Positions 13,470 through 25,499 of a stretch of DNA of 64,000 bases are shown piece by piece; the stretch's first letter is position 1, and each line of letters begins with the position of its first letter. The notes beneath the pieces are model-generated. The model made no database searches. It had not been told where the DNA came from and was given only the letters and a program-made list of their open reading frames with translations. A program made the translations under genes and the position numbers. Origin of the DNA: Lingula anatina (taxonomy: Eukaryota; Animalia; Brachiopoda); contig CM120644.1 of assembly GCA_051362555.1 (NCBI GenBank), forward strand, positions 18,250,534-18,314,533. The letters are read 5' to 3'.

Positions 13470-14525
13470 ATGTCCTCTAACAATCTGAAAGTTCTGCTCC
13501 TTCTTATGGTCGTTCAGACTATCTGTTCTTCGAAAATGGTAAAGGTAGGTCCAGACACGAATTTGTTATTGTCTTTTGAATATTTTAAGAAGCTAGACTA
13601 CTTTAATTCGGGTGTCTACAAGAATTGTCAACGGCTTCTGTAAACAGCAAAGGGACAACAAAGTGCGGCAGTTAAAGGACAGGGGTTAAATATGTTACAA
13701 AAAAAGACAAAGTAGCCTACATTTTGTAACGCATATAAATGCTACTTCAGGAACCCATCATATAACAGGATAATAGCGCAGGATAAAATTCAAGGAACAA
13801 TTTGATAAGCGCAAACAGCGAGAACCCACGCTAATCACTTGGTCATTGGTGTTTGGCGCAGTGATTTAGTAGTAAGGTCCTGCTATGAAAGCAAACAAAA
13901 TTAGGGTGAACAATAAGCAATGTTTGGCCATTTGCAGTTGTGTCGCGTCCACGTCATGTTTGTTTTATAATATTTTGCAAAATTTTAGAACCCCAAAGGA
14001 AACTTTAGTGAGCACTGGGTTTCCAAGTACAAACAATTCTTTGATATAATGGACATCGATGAAAATGGCATGGTGAATGAAGAGGAATTTGTCGATTCAA
14101 CAACAGAGCGAGCTCAGCAAGTCCTCCCATCTTGGCGAGCCATGGCGGTGAATGGTATATTGTACAGTGCCTTTCACCTGTGGTGGTTAAATGAAAACAC
14201 TATCTATCCAAAATCCTTCACGTTTCAAGAAATGCTTCGGTCTGAAGAGGCGGAAATCCCTATTACAAGAGAAAAGATCGTCAAAAACGCAAAAGATTGG
14301 CTTAACGTGCTTGATCTCGACTGCGATGGCAGATTGATGGTAGATGAGTATGCCAACTTCCTTACTATTTTCCGTAACACTGCTAAGGTTCAAGATATAT
14401 TTGATGTCATTGATTGGAATGAGGATGGTGTGATTGACACCAACGAGTTCATAAACGCTTTCGTGGGCTACTGGGCTGAACAAGAGGCCAGCTCCTCTGA
14501 TGTCCTTTTTGGTACTCGTTATTAA
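13470..14525 (+). CDS. Secreted SCP-like EF-hand protein, subtype A; coding exons 13470-13544 + 13989-14525
   Basis: Exon 1 MSSNNLKVLLLLMVVQTICSSKMVK ends AAG|GTAGGT. Acceptor TTTTAG|AAC at 13989 is in frame (phase 0) with ORF 14049..14525. EF loops DIDENGMVNEEE, DLDCDGRLMVDE, DWNEDGVIDTNE; EF2 degenerate. N-terminal SEHWVSKYKQFF and C-terminal LFG resemble invertebrate SCPs. Confidence 0.9.
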
Positions 14526-15140
14526 GCGTATGATCATAAAATCTTAATTTGGCCATGACCATTTTGATTATAAATTGCATATTAACTTCTGAACTTTTGA
14601 AATGTAAATGTATTTGCTTAGCTGTTGCCTCTCCGCATAAAAAAAACACCATTACTGTATTTGTTGATTCTCCTCGGAACAGTGTGAGACCAAAAAAAAA
14701 AAAAAAAAAAAAAAAAACATACGTACATGCCTTTATCGCTTTTTAACCATTAGCTTTACTGTTTGCTTTGCATATGATGTATATCTTATTTAGAATAACC
14801 ATTAAATCATCCTTTCTGATGCCCATGTCTTGCTCTGTACATTTTGAGGTAATATGTCCTAACTTTCTTGTTCAAAATCAACCGGTGGATTTCTCTTCAC
14901 AATTATAATATGGTATTTACCAAAGTCAAGACAAAATTTTTCATCTTTATTTTATACATTTTAATTCAGGAATATTTTAAGCGCTGTTGAGAGTATACGT
15001 TGGAATGTTTATTTATTATTGAATGTCAGCGTTTCATTGTTGGCATCATAGTTAACTACAAATAAACATTTTATCGATTATAAAAACGCATATTTCGTTT
15101 GTGATTTTAAATGACCAATCTATCTATCTATCTATCTATC

Positions 15141-15245
15141 AGATGGCCTTGTGGTCAGAATGTCCGCCACCGGAACGGGAGGACGTGGGTCCGGGGGCAT
15201 ACCAGTCCTTCATAAACAGCGCTTGCTGTCTTCCCTCTTGCTCAT
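15141..15245 (+). mobile_element. tRNA-derived SINE fragment
   Basis: GATGGCCTTGTGGTCAGAATGTCCGCC...GACGTGGGT..GGGGCATACC head with an A-box-like motif. Related copies at 24136-24215 (-) and 53600-53700 (-). Confidence 0.55.
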
Positions 15246-15654
15246 CTTGTTCTTCTAAAAGTATCTATCTGTCTGTCTATATCAAAAAATATTATCTGCT
15301 TTTGATTATGATTTTCAAAAGTTTGACCTCTGTGTCATAGCCGGTAAAAAATGTAGGTTGATGTTTTCATTTAAAGTTCAAATGTAAATTCCTAGAGGTG
15401 AAAGAGAAAGGGGATATATAACATGTCGAAAGGGGGGCAAGCGTGACTAATTATCTTAAATGCGACAGTAATGCGACAGATTGTATTTAAATAGACAACG
15501 CTCATACAAAACATCAGAAAAGATTGATTGAAAAAACAGCGGGAAGACAGCAGGCGCTGTTTGCGTGCTGTAAAATTTGCAACATATAGGCCTTACGAAA
15601 ATGCAAAAAATGCTTTTGTTAGCGATAGTTAGCTTATATGAAGGGACGTGCTAC

Positions 15655-15891
15655 AGGGTCGGATCCAAGCTTATTTGAAGGGGGTCCGAAACGACAGCCT
15701 CCCCCCCCCCCCCCGCCCACCCCCCCACCCCCCCATGGTGTAGGGCCTGCTCAAGAGCCCCGAACAATTCATGGTGTTTTGGAGAGCAAGCAGTGCTCTC
15801 AGTAACCTTTGGAACAGTTTAGAACTATAAGTGGGGAATATTTGTGTGATATATTTTAGGACCCCCCTGACCCCCCCTAACACCGACACTG
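15655..15891. mobile_element. MITE with CAG termini
   Basis: CAGGGTCGGATCC...AACACCGACACTG flanked by TGCTA on both sides; orthologous copy in the right arm at ~52957-53165. Confidence 0.5.
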
Positions 15892-15986
15892 TGCTATATA
15901 AACTTGTATTTCCCACTCAACGAATAATGGATTATAAAGTTTAAGTCTGTTGTTTTAAATATCTTAACAGAATAAAGTTCGTAAGG

Positions 15987-18573
15987 ATGTCCTCCAGCAA
16001 TCTGAGAGTTCTGCTCCTACTTGTGGTTGTTCAAACTCTCTGCTCCTCAAAAATGGTGAAGGTAGAACTCCAAACACGATTTGCTACGGTGTGTTGAGTA
16101 TTAGGAAGCTACAAAGTTAATACTTAATATGGGATTTTTTAAATCATTTGTTAATTTTGAGTGCAGATTATTTTTTGTGGCTTAAATCACCAAAAAGTTA
16201 TGTCACTGAGTGATAAAAATATCCAGGCTTCTGTTGTTGGATAGTTTGGCCAATAATATTAAATCTGATATAAAATATCTCTCAAAAGAAAAGAACACCT
16301 CCAGAAGACCATATCAACAGTTTGATGACAGTATGAACTGTATGCTAACTTATTAAAGAAAACGTTAGACTTCGGACAGTGATATGCTAAACAGACAAAG
16401 AACTCATTACAGTAAATCAAGTAATCATTGGTGGGTATATCCTCCAGCAGCGCCCTCAACCTACATGACAAGCTTTTCAGAGTTTGGATGGGGCTATCAT
16501 TCAACGCAGTGATATTTGCCTGTCGTAGTTCATCACGATTTACCGGCTGATGACTTCTGCCCACATATTATCAGTTGGGTTCATACCTGGGGAGTTTGCT
16601 GAACCCATTGCTTTTGAAGAAAACTAGTGATTCTGCGAGTACGATGTGGGGATGCGTAGTCGTGTTGGTACACAGAGTTGTTCCTGAAGATGGTGCTTTC
16701 TAGAAAACCAACTGGTTCTGGACACCGACATGAAATGCTCCCAAAACAGAGACGCTAACACCGCCTGCTTGCACCCTAGGCAGTACACAATCATCGTTAT
16801 ATGCCTCTCGTACACGTTGGCGGACACGTTTGACCGCCAACCCTTAAAACTCCATATTTGGCCTCATCACTGAAAACAACGTGATGCCAGTGGTTTGGCT
16901 GCAAACTCTCGGGGTCCCAAGCCCATTGCAGACGTCGCTGTGTATGACCTGCTGTTAACAGTGGTTTCCGAATTGGTCTTCCTGCAAAATAACCGGCTTG
17001 TAGTAATCTCTTGTTCACGAGGGATATTGAAGCGGGCGTTTGAATGAAATTCGGTCACTTTCTTCTAAGGACACTGGTTGTCGTTGTACGACCAGCTCGG
17101 CACAGTGTAAGGAGAAGGCAATCCTGTCTCCTTGTTGTGATACGAGGACACCCTGGTAGAGGTCTTGGAGAAGGTGCGCCTGTAGTAGCATTTTTTGGAG
17201 GACTTCACTAACGGTTCCCTGTAAAATGTTAAATTGCCTGGGAATGGCTGCCCGTGTTGGCCATTTTCTCTGAGAGCAAGATTCCCATATTAAGCTGAGT
17301 TGCTTAAACGTCGAAAGATATCTTCTCTAAGCTACCTGTCAAGTTTCAGACCGATCCCTTTGTTGCTTCTCGAAATATCCTCCAAAGATTGACCAAACCC
17401 ATGCGTTTTTATACAAGGGCAGAAATTACCGAAAAGACCACCCCTCACATTTCTGATCGCAGGACATGCAACTGCATGCACCAGTTGTTTCGATTGGTAA
17501 TTAGGTAGCTCGCCTGGCTACACATTAAGTGACACCTCAGTTTCAGATTTAAAATAGTTTGAGAGAAAATAAATATTTTGTAGAAAATTTACTCGCCAAA
17601 AATAATATTCCATATTGAGTATTAACCCTGAAGACTACTTTTAATCGGGTGTCTACAAGAATCGTAAACGGCTACTGTAAGCAGTAAAGGGACAACAAAG
17701 TGCAACAGTTAAAGGGCAGGGGTTAATATATATTATAAGAAACACTTGTACATTTTGTAACGCATAGAAAATTATAAGTGATAATTCATTGTTTTATTTT
17801 ACATAAATCTCATCATTTAATGCGATGAATTAGCACAGGGTAAACTTCAAATGGTAATGGAATTAACTACAATAAACAGCACCAATCACTTGGGTATGGT
17901 GTTTAATGTAATGATTATTCTTATCAATTGCGGCTATAAAAACAGTCGTAAAGAGACAATATAGATAATTGTTTGCCTTACCAGCCGTGTTCAAGTCGTG
18001 TTAATTTTTTAATACCTTTTCGTATTTTAGAACCCAAAAGGAAACTTAAGTGCGCACTGGATTTTCAAGTACAAGCAATTCTTTGATATCATGGACGTTG
18101 ATGAAAATGGAAGGTTGACTGAAGAGGAATGCATCGATTTAACAACAGAGCGAGCTCAGCAAGTTATCCCGTCTTGGAGAGCCATGGCGGTGAATGGTAT
18201 ATCGTCTAGTGCGTATTACTTGTGGTGGTCAAATGAATACAACAACTATTCCAAATCCATCACGTTTGAAGAAATGCTTTGGGCTGACGAAGATGAACTC
18301 ACTAATATAAGCTTAAGAGAAGAGACCGTAAAATTCGCAAACGACTGGCTTGGCGCGTTTGATCTCGATTGCGATAGCAAATTGATGGTAGATGAGTATT
18401 CAAACTTTCTTACTGTTTTCCGTAACACTGCTAAGGCTCAAGATACATTTGATGAGACTGATTGGAATAAGGATGGCGTGATTGATTCCAACGAGTTCAT
18501 AGACGCTTTCGAGGACTACTTTGTTGGTCAAGAGCCCAACCCCTCTGATCTCATTTTCGGCGCTCGTTATTAA
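15987..18573 (+). CDS. Secreted SCP-like EF-hand protein, subtype B; coding exons 15987-16061 + 18031-18573
   Basis: Exon 1 MSSSNLRVLLLLVVVQTLCSSKMVK ends AAG|GTAGAA. Acceptor TTTTAG|AAC at 18031 is in frame with ORF 18091..18573. EF loops DVDENGRLTEEE, DLDCDSKLMVDE, DWNKDGVIDSNE. Confidence 0.88.
16117..17625 (-). mobile_element. Degenerate Tc1-family transposon in the gene B intron
   Basis: Fragments RPIRKPLLT..RRLQWA..WHHVVFSDEAKY and an ANSP-type motif, with frameshifts. Short TIR TTAATACT(T/C)AATATGG at both ends. Absent from the homologous gene A intron. Confidence 0.8.
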
Positions 18574-19560
18574 GTCGGCGATTATAAAGACGTACCCATG
18601 TAATTCAGGGATGGCCTTTTGGTTAGATTTCATTTTACCTTTTTAATTTTTTTATTTTTAAGCGTGCAAAATTTCAAATTCTACTATGCAGTAAATGCCG
18701 ACATATGGATACTTTTTAAAGAGAAACATATCTTGACAATGCCAGGTTTTGACCAGCCCAAAGGGGCACAATCCAATTAAATCATTGTATATTACACAAT
18801 GCAGCAGCGCAACAGACAAAGTAATCAGTTAAATGGTAGCTACACACCTGACTACACACTACTCCATTCACCTATCTTATATGAGATCGAAGTTTTTTAA
18901 AAGAACACATTTTTACAAAGGCATACTTTGAAACTGAAATATTCCATATCAAATGTCAGGTCTGTACAAAAGGGACGTTCCTACTCAACCGACCGAATAG
19001 CCAGACCAGTTCCAATATACCAAGGAGTATCGTGTGGCCATATTGTTTTTATCCTATGTGTTTTCATGTGGTGTCTGCTAACCTAATTGCTTTTGAAGAA
19101 CACCTGTTAATTGATAAAGCAATAGTGAACATCTTAAGTCATGATGGACTAATCGCATGGTTATTTCTTTTACCAAAAAATTGGCGACTAATGGCTCTGA
19201 AGAATTCTTAAATACGAACATTATAGATAGGTGAATAACGCATTTCTACACTTTGCATTTGGCCCCTGTGGAACATATCGAATCGAGGTCGTCCCTGAAC
19301 AGCAATTGTTGTACAAATACATTGCATTTATAAAAATCATGGCGAAATATAACGTTACAATAAATTACTGGAAGTCTACATTAGACAGAGTGGAAAATCA
19401 GCACTATATATTAGTTTTTAAATAACATTGATTGTTTTTTAATTGTCTGTGGCAAGTAAAACGATAAAATAAATGTCTCGTTTTTAATTTTTCTCACAAT
19501 GATATGACTTGTTTTACATTAGATCCAATATACTCTTGCACAATTATATTTTGCTTCCTT

Positions 19561-20111
19561 CAGGCCTACCCAACTACCAGACTCGGCACCTAAGGATCCT
19601 GAATTAACCGGTATATCGGACCACGCTACCCGTTTTCAAGGTGTGTGTCAGATCGCATTTTGGAGTATCATACCCCAGAACAAATTTTGTAGCACGACTG
19701 CGGGCTCATCCACGCTCGGCTGAACAACCTTAAACTGTACTCTTACTTTAGAGTACTCTATTTTATTGTCTCTATGGGGATATATGGGGACTTTACGACA
19801 TTCGGTTTGAATGTTTTAACCACTTTTGATAGAGCTTTTTTGCATTGTATAAGATTAATGTGGCAGTCTAAGGTTCACCCAGGTGGCTTTCAAAATTATG
19901 CACCCGGTTTTAAAATCATATAGCGATTTTACGACAATCGTTTACTATCCAATCAAGGTGACAGCCGAGCATGCCAGGGTTCATCCTGTCAATGTTCTGG
20001 TTGATACTCCGAAATGCGATCTGACACACACATTGAAAACGGGTAGTGTGGTCCGATATACCGGTTAATTCAGGATCCTTAGGTGCCGAGTCTGGTAGTT
20101 GGGTAGGCCTG
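19561..20111. mobile_element. MITE with long (~110+ bp) TIRs, CAGGCCTACCCAACTACCAGAC termini
   Basis: 19561-19670 is the reverse complement of ~20003-20111. TTCCTT on both sides. Empty site in the right arm at ~44835. Confidence 0.85.
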
Positions 20112-20399
20112 TTCCTTGGGCTAATATTTTATAGTCGCATATCCTCGAAACGGCTGGATGACTCACTCAGGCTCATTTGAGTTGTTCTACCTTCAATCTG
20201 ATGTGCGTTTGTTTACAAATAATCACATGGCAGCTGTAAGCCGTTTTGATTAGTATTTTTGTTCCATCAACCAACTTTGAGATGACTTTAGGTTAAAAAA
20301 GTCCAATTTCCTTTAAAGATATTTATATTTAATATCATTTATTCAAATTAAGAACAAGCACCCCCTCAAATATAGCCTAATTTTCCATAAAAGTAAAAA

Positions 20400-21020
20400 T
20401 AATCATCAAACTTTTAAAACACCAATTAATGCATTCGAATCGATACGCAATATAAGCATCAAAATGCACGTGTCAAGTAGCATGCAATCCGATGAGGCAC
20501 TACAATTATAGCTGCAAATCTGCAGATATAATTGCTTCCAAGGATACTATCCCTTTCTTCCATAACAGCTTGGCAGAGGTATTTCAGGTTGTTAGGGAGA
20601 TCATTATTTCCTGCATTGTGCACTCGGAATCATCCCTCAGGTCCTTAATAGAATTAGTATTCGAGCTCAAAGATGTTTGTTTAAACCCCAGAACGTTGTT
20701 TCTGCAACAACTCAACCAAAAACCGAGAGCTGTGAGCAAGGCCGTTGTCATGATGAAATTTGTAGATATTGCTGAGGTCACCTCTTGCAAATGTAGTGAG
20801 ATATTTGCAAAATGTTATGGCCCAATTAACGCTCTGTTCCGGAATGAACGATTAAAAAAAAACATGAACATGGACTGCACCTTAAACGTGGACTGATCCA
20901 GCACTTCGATGATATTTCCCTGCACACGCTCTGTCTACCATCGATAGGGTAAAACAAAAATTGAAAACTTCCATCAAATACATCTCGATTCTAATGACGG
21001 CTGGCCAGGTTCTGGCATCT
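20400..21020 (-). mobile_element. Highly degenerate Tc1-like transposase relic
   Basis: A minus frame reads YKFHHDNGLAHSSRFLVELLQKQ...RVHNAGNNDLPNNLKYLCQAVMEERDSI, like the Tc1 QHDNA..H motif and C-terminal helix region. Mirror copy at ~43930-44520 (+). Confidence 0.55.
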
Positions 21021-21309
21021 CTTAGACTACTGATCGAGGCAATTAACCTTGTGTCTCATATACAAGAGGTGACGTCAGGGATGAAAGATAAAAAAATGAA
21101 AATTTCTGTCAATAAAGGCCCATCTATTATATAATACACAATGTAAATAATCTGTAAGTTAATCTGCAGAGATAATAATGCCATACGTCTGTTTTAAGAG
21201 AACCTGGTGGTTCGCAGCACATAAAAAGCAGTCACACCGTAAAAGCTCCCACCAAATACCATATCATTGGCATTTGCCCATTTTATTCATCATGACATTT
21301 TCAGTTCAA

Positions 21310-24300
21310 CTATGGAGGCGTCTGTAAAATCGTTTCCACACTCTTAAACATGGACAGCCAAATGAGCCTATCCCTGTCCTTGGACAACTTTAAAGGATGA
21401 AGTAAATTGCACGACCGCGCCTTAAGTGCCGTATCGCGACCAGTATGTGGATAATTGTTCTTTAATGGAATGACATCAGATCGGTCCGGCTTTTCGGTGG
21501 TTATAAGGTCAACTAGCAATGGCGTGGCGATTTCAGCAAATAATCGTGGCATGTTCGGTCCCATCAACCATTTCAAAACTTCAATAAAGCGTGTTTTGTA
21601 TTGGTTGTTTGGAATGAATACAGTATCTGCATTAAACCTAGAAATCAATCGTTTTCCTGATTGTGTCCAATTTTTCACGAGGGCCAAGTGGTCTCTCCAT
21701 TCTTTAGGGAGAATATCGATGATTTTTCGCAGCGCGGCGCCACCGTACGGCAACGGCCACCAATACCACCCATCTGGCCACGTGACGTCAATGTCCAGTG
21801 TTTTTAAAGGTCCCAATATCCACAGAACATCCCGGCGATAGGACAAAAAGGATGAAAGATTGAAGAAGGTATCATCACTTACAAAAAGATACGACGTGCT
21901 ATTGTTTCCAAACCCACCATAGGTTAAGTGCTTAGGAAGACACCGATGCAGAAAAATGCCACCTTCTTGATCATTACAGGGCAGAAAATGAACACTTGGG
22001 TCCATAAACGGTTGCCTAGTGCCTTCCCCGGTGAATGTTATCTCTTTAAAATGCCTACTGTACATTTGGTACAGTGTTGTAAATGCTTGCTTGTTGGGGA
22101 CATGATTGAAATGAACACACAACCTTACACCGTCCCAGGGTTTGGCCATCGCCCTTCTTTCAGCCCAGCTTGGTACTTGGGCTCGCGGGAAGACATACCC
22201 AACTGCCGTCAGCAACTCTATCCAGGTGTCTAATATCACCAGATCTTCTTTCAAAATGATTCCTTTATCGAATAAATGTAGGTACAGTTCTTTTAACCTT
22301 GCATTAATTGATGGCGACTTGCTGGACCACGCCATTAAGTGATTGACTATTTCAATTTGAGTTTTGTTACAAGTTTGAGAGCCTTTCCCCAGTGTTTGAC
22401 GGAGTGGGTTTGTTCTCTTTGTCCAGGGCGGCGAGACCGACATGCTACCGTTTATGTCCCACAGCAGTCTTTGAGTGATATAACCACGAATAATATCAGA
22501 TATCGACACCTCACATGTAGTGGGTACTAGAAGTCCCCAAAATGCATCATACATATGTAGCGTCGAATGGTGGCTATAGGGTACAAATGTGCCTTCTTGC
22601 ACTTCCACTGGACCAATGATTGATTTGTCGAATTTCAATGGCGACTTGAAAAGTTCTTCCGGCACATCGGCATACCCATCTATGAGATAATGCACAAGTA
22701 ATACGCTCGAATTACGCAATGCGTATGGCACCGGCGGAGCACTGCAGGCAGGACGATTGGCCATGTTTCCTGGGAAACCTCGAGGCCAGACATCACTTCT
22801 AGAGAAGAAATACGAAAAAGGGTTCCAAAAGTTCACTTTGCCTGCTGGTATAACGAGAGGAACCTCAGTACTTTTGTTATCAAGGGGTGGACTAGAGGCC
22901 AACCATTCATATCCCATTCCTCCATCGTCGTCATAGATCATAGTTGCTCCACTGGTTATAGCAAACAAGTAGCCGATCGTTTTTCTACTCACTGGGGACT
23001 TGAAAAGGCTGCTGTATTCAGTCACTCCATTTACGTATATTATGCCATTTTGTTTATTTGGTAAAATGACATGCAAAGAACGTGACGATGTTAACGTATC
23101 TGAGACTACAATAGCGCACCAGGGAAAATGTAGTCTATCAGACACTTTTTCAATCTGTTGGGCGGATGCATGTTTTCCTGCATCCACAACAACCCATCTG
23201 TCACAGGTCAGGTTTCTGGGTAATCCCATAAAGACTCTATAGCTCAATTTTAGGCCCTCACCCGATTGTTTGGTTTCTGGCAAAAGGTTTGCCACGTAAG
23301 AAAGGGCATTTTTCTGGTTGATGGTAAGGTAGGCCAACAAATACAAAAACGTTAAAAGGCCAACCGCCTTGATGGCATATCTAGAAAGAAAATTAAAGTA
23401 ACCAGGTCATAGGATTAAAAGTAAACAAAACTTAGATGAATGGTTTTAATATCCCTTTTAAACACAGCGGGAAGACGAAGAAAAAAGACCTGTACATTTT
23501 CCCTACCGTTGTGATCAATATGTGTCGGTCTACTGTTGAAAAAAGCCTTTCCAATAAAACAGATTTGTTCAAATTTCAGTCCCAGGAAATTTCAAGAAAA
23601 AATAATAATATTTACTTCTAAAAAACTGCACGACACTACCGTCTCAGTGCTGTTTACAAATAAAGTTATCAGAAAAACAAGCAATTATATGAATAATAAA
23701 AGCTGAGTAAATATAATAATTAAAATGATTAATGTTGGAAATCCAGGAAAAAGTGTCGTAAGCAACGCAGCCTTTTACACCTTTACTTTGACGACAAATT
23801 ACAAATTGTACACAAATTACGAACAAGCAATCCCCATCTTAACATTTAAACCGAATGATCGTTGGTCTTGAATAAACACTGAGAATAAAATCTGAGTCCA
23901 AGTGAGTCCAAACTTGGAGTCCAGCAGTGGTGCCTAAAATAACTCCCAATTGGAGTCAAGGTAACTCCGATGGAGTGACGCCATCCCAGACTCCACAGGA
24001 GAGTAACAATAGATTCCATTCACACATCCATTTATCTCTTGATTTATCTCTTCAAAAGAGTCACCATAACTCCATATTAAGGAATTTTTGACTCTTTGAC
24101 ACATAAGTATTTAAAAAAACAAAACTAAAAAAAAACAGGTATGACCCCGAGCGGGTTTGAGCACACGTTCTTCCCCTCCGGAGGCGGACACGCTAAACAC
24201 AAGGCCATCCGGTCAAGAAGAATAGTCAAGCAGCAATAACAAACAGTTTGTGACTCTGGTAATAAACAGCATGACATATATCTATACCACAAATATACCA

Positions 24301-24799
24301 ATGAGTGAGCATTCCTCCCCAGTGACATGCATAAGCGGGTCAAACCTACAACCTGGAAACAAAACCTGCTGGCTATATACCAACATATCACATAAAGGGT
24401 GTGGGCAACTGAAAGCCCGGGCCAGTAATAAGTCCACGAGTTCTGCGTGCAGAAACACACAGAAAATCTCTTGTTCATGCAAAACTAAAACCGACCATGG
24501 CCAATAAAGTAATGTTTATACTGACACTGGCCCCCGGTAATTTGAATCTAATTTTAGAGTAAGATTTACTCCATGAGAGCCAGGGGGTGATTGGCTCTAA
24601 TAAGATAGTCTAAAGACCTTGGTAGTGGGGTAATTTGACCCTTATATAGGAGTCATATTAACCCCGAGGGTCAAGGGGTGCTGGGCTCTGACTAGAGAGT
24701 CAAACGACTCCAATTTTATTCTAGGTTAATGCTTAATAGCATTTTATGTACAATATGCTTACGTTAATTTACTTACCTCGATAACGTACTTATTCTCAT
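21310..24799 (-). CDS. STELLO-like (DUF288) putative glycosyltransferase, type II membrane; coding exons 24799-24777 + 23380-21310
   Basis: 678-aa ORF with KTIGYLFAI..GA..IYDDD, NP..F....VWPRGFP, YDAFWGLLVP, DIIRGYITQRLLW and YLFVSDD motifs. Micro-exon MRISTLSR (AG|GTAAGT) joins in frame to the TM segment YAIKAVGLLTFLYLLAYLTI. Confidence 0.85.
23877..24725. mobile_element. Non-autonomous DNA element with GAGTC/GACTC subterminal repeats, in the STL intron
   Basis: Imperfect TIR (AGAATAAAATCTGAGTC / GACTCCAATTTTATTCT) and many GAGTC/GACTC motifs. Absent from the paralogous intron (~40200). Confidence 0.55.
24136..24215 (-). mobile_element. tRNA-derived SINE head
   Basis: Reverse complement TGACCGGATGGCCTTGTGTTTAGCGTGTCCGCC...GTGCTCAAACCCGCTCGGGGTCATACC has A-box- and B-box-like motifs. 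Confidence 0.55.
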
Positions 24800-25350
24800 T
24801 GTTTTCAAGTGGTATGGTGTCCAGATGTACTAATATAAACACCACACTTCACTGCTCTGTGGCATTAATACAATGGTCATGTGCTAAAATCAAAATACCA
24901 AAAATTATAATATAATATAATTTAATATAATAGCCAGTTGCACCTTTGGATGTGGGAATATGTGATCCAAGAGGGTTAAGCACAAGTTTTTCTCAAGATT
25001 CCATGAAAAAAAGACATCTTCGAAATTGGAGAGAAAAACTGCAATAAAACTCACAGCATTGCTATGAATCTTTTTTTTTCTATTTTTTTTTTGGGGGGGG
25101 GGGGTCACCAGGGGCTTTAAAGATAGCAACAAAATCCACCTATAAAATACTAAAGAGAAGGAGCAATTTGTGACAATAAGCGGGGTATCAATCGGTACGG
25201 CACTGTTAAAAAGGTTACCATCGGCTGGGTGACATCGTTTTTGAAAGCCATTGTGGTTTGGGGAATTAAGGGAACCAACAATATAATTGTTGCAATATGC
25301 AACCACAAGAGAAGTGTCATAAACAGACCCAGGTTTGTTGAGTTTACAAA

Positions 25351-25354
25351 ATAA

Positions 25355-25399
<45 letters not shown>
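25351..25399. repeat. (TAAA)n microsatellite
   Basis: Direct reading. Confidence 0.95.
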
Positions 25400-25402
<3 letters not shown>

Positions 25403-25499
25403 GTTTGTCACAGTCAGTATAGATATGGAGGAGTTGTTCCCAATACTGCCTTTACTCTACAGTTTATAACTCTACAGGTTGTACGCGGTAAAATGTCTG

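Noticed and set aside
13989-14525. Calling the EF-hand genes aequorin/obelin-type photoproteins
   Set aside because: Positions matching aequorin His16, His169, Tyr184 and the C-terminal Pro are not conserved by eye alignment; similarity to SCPs is at least as good.
21455-23242. Antisense ORFs over the STL genes (also 41719-43491) and over the EF-hand exons
   Set aside because: Shadow frames of real coding sequence; their recurrence simply mirrors the paralogy.
21310-23380. Bacterial contamination or recent horizontal transfer, suggested by the 2-kb uninterrupted STL exon
   Set aside because: It has a spliced upstream micro-exon in both paralogs and is embedded in animal repeats. DUF288 genes are known in animals, so HGT cannot be claimed without a phylogeny.
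24136-24215. Functional tRNA gene
   Set aside because: No convincing cloverleaf, a degenerate B box and related diverged copies elsewhere; better explained as a SINE head.
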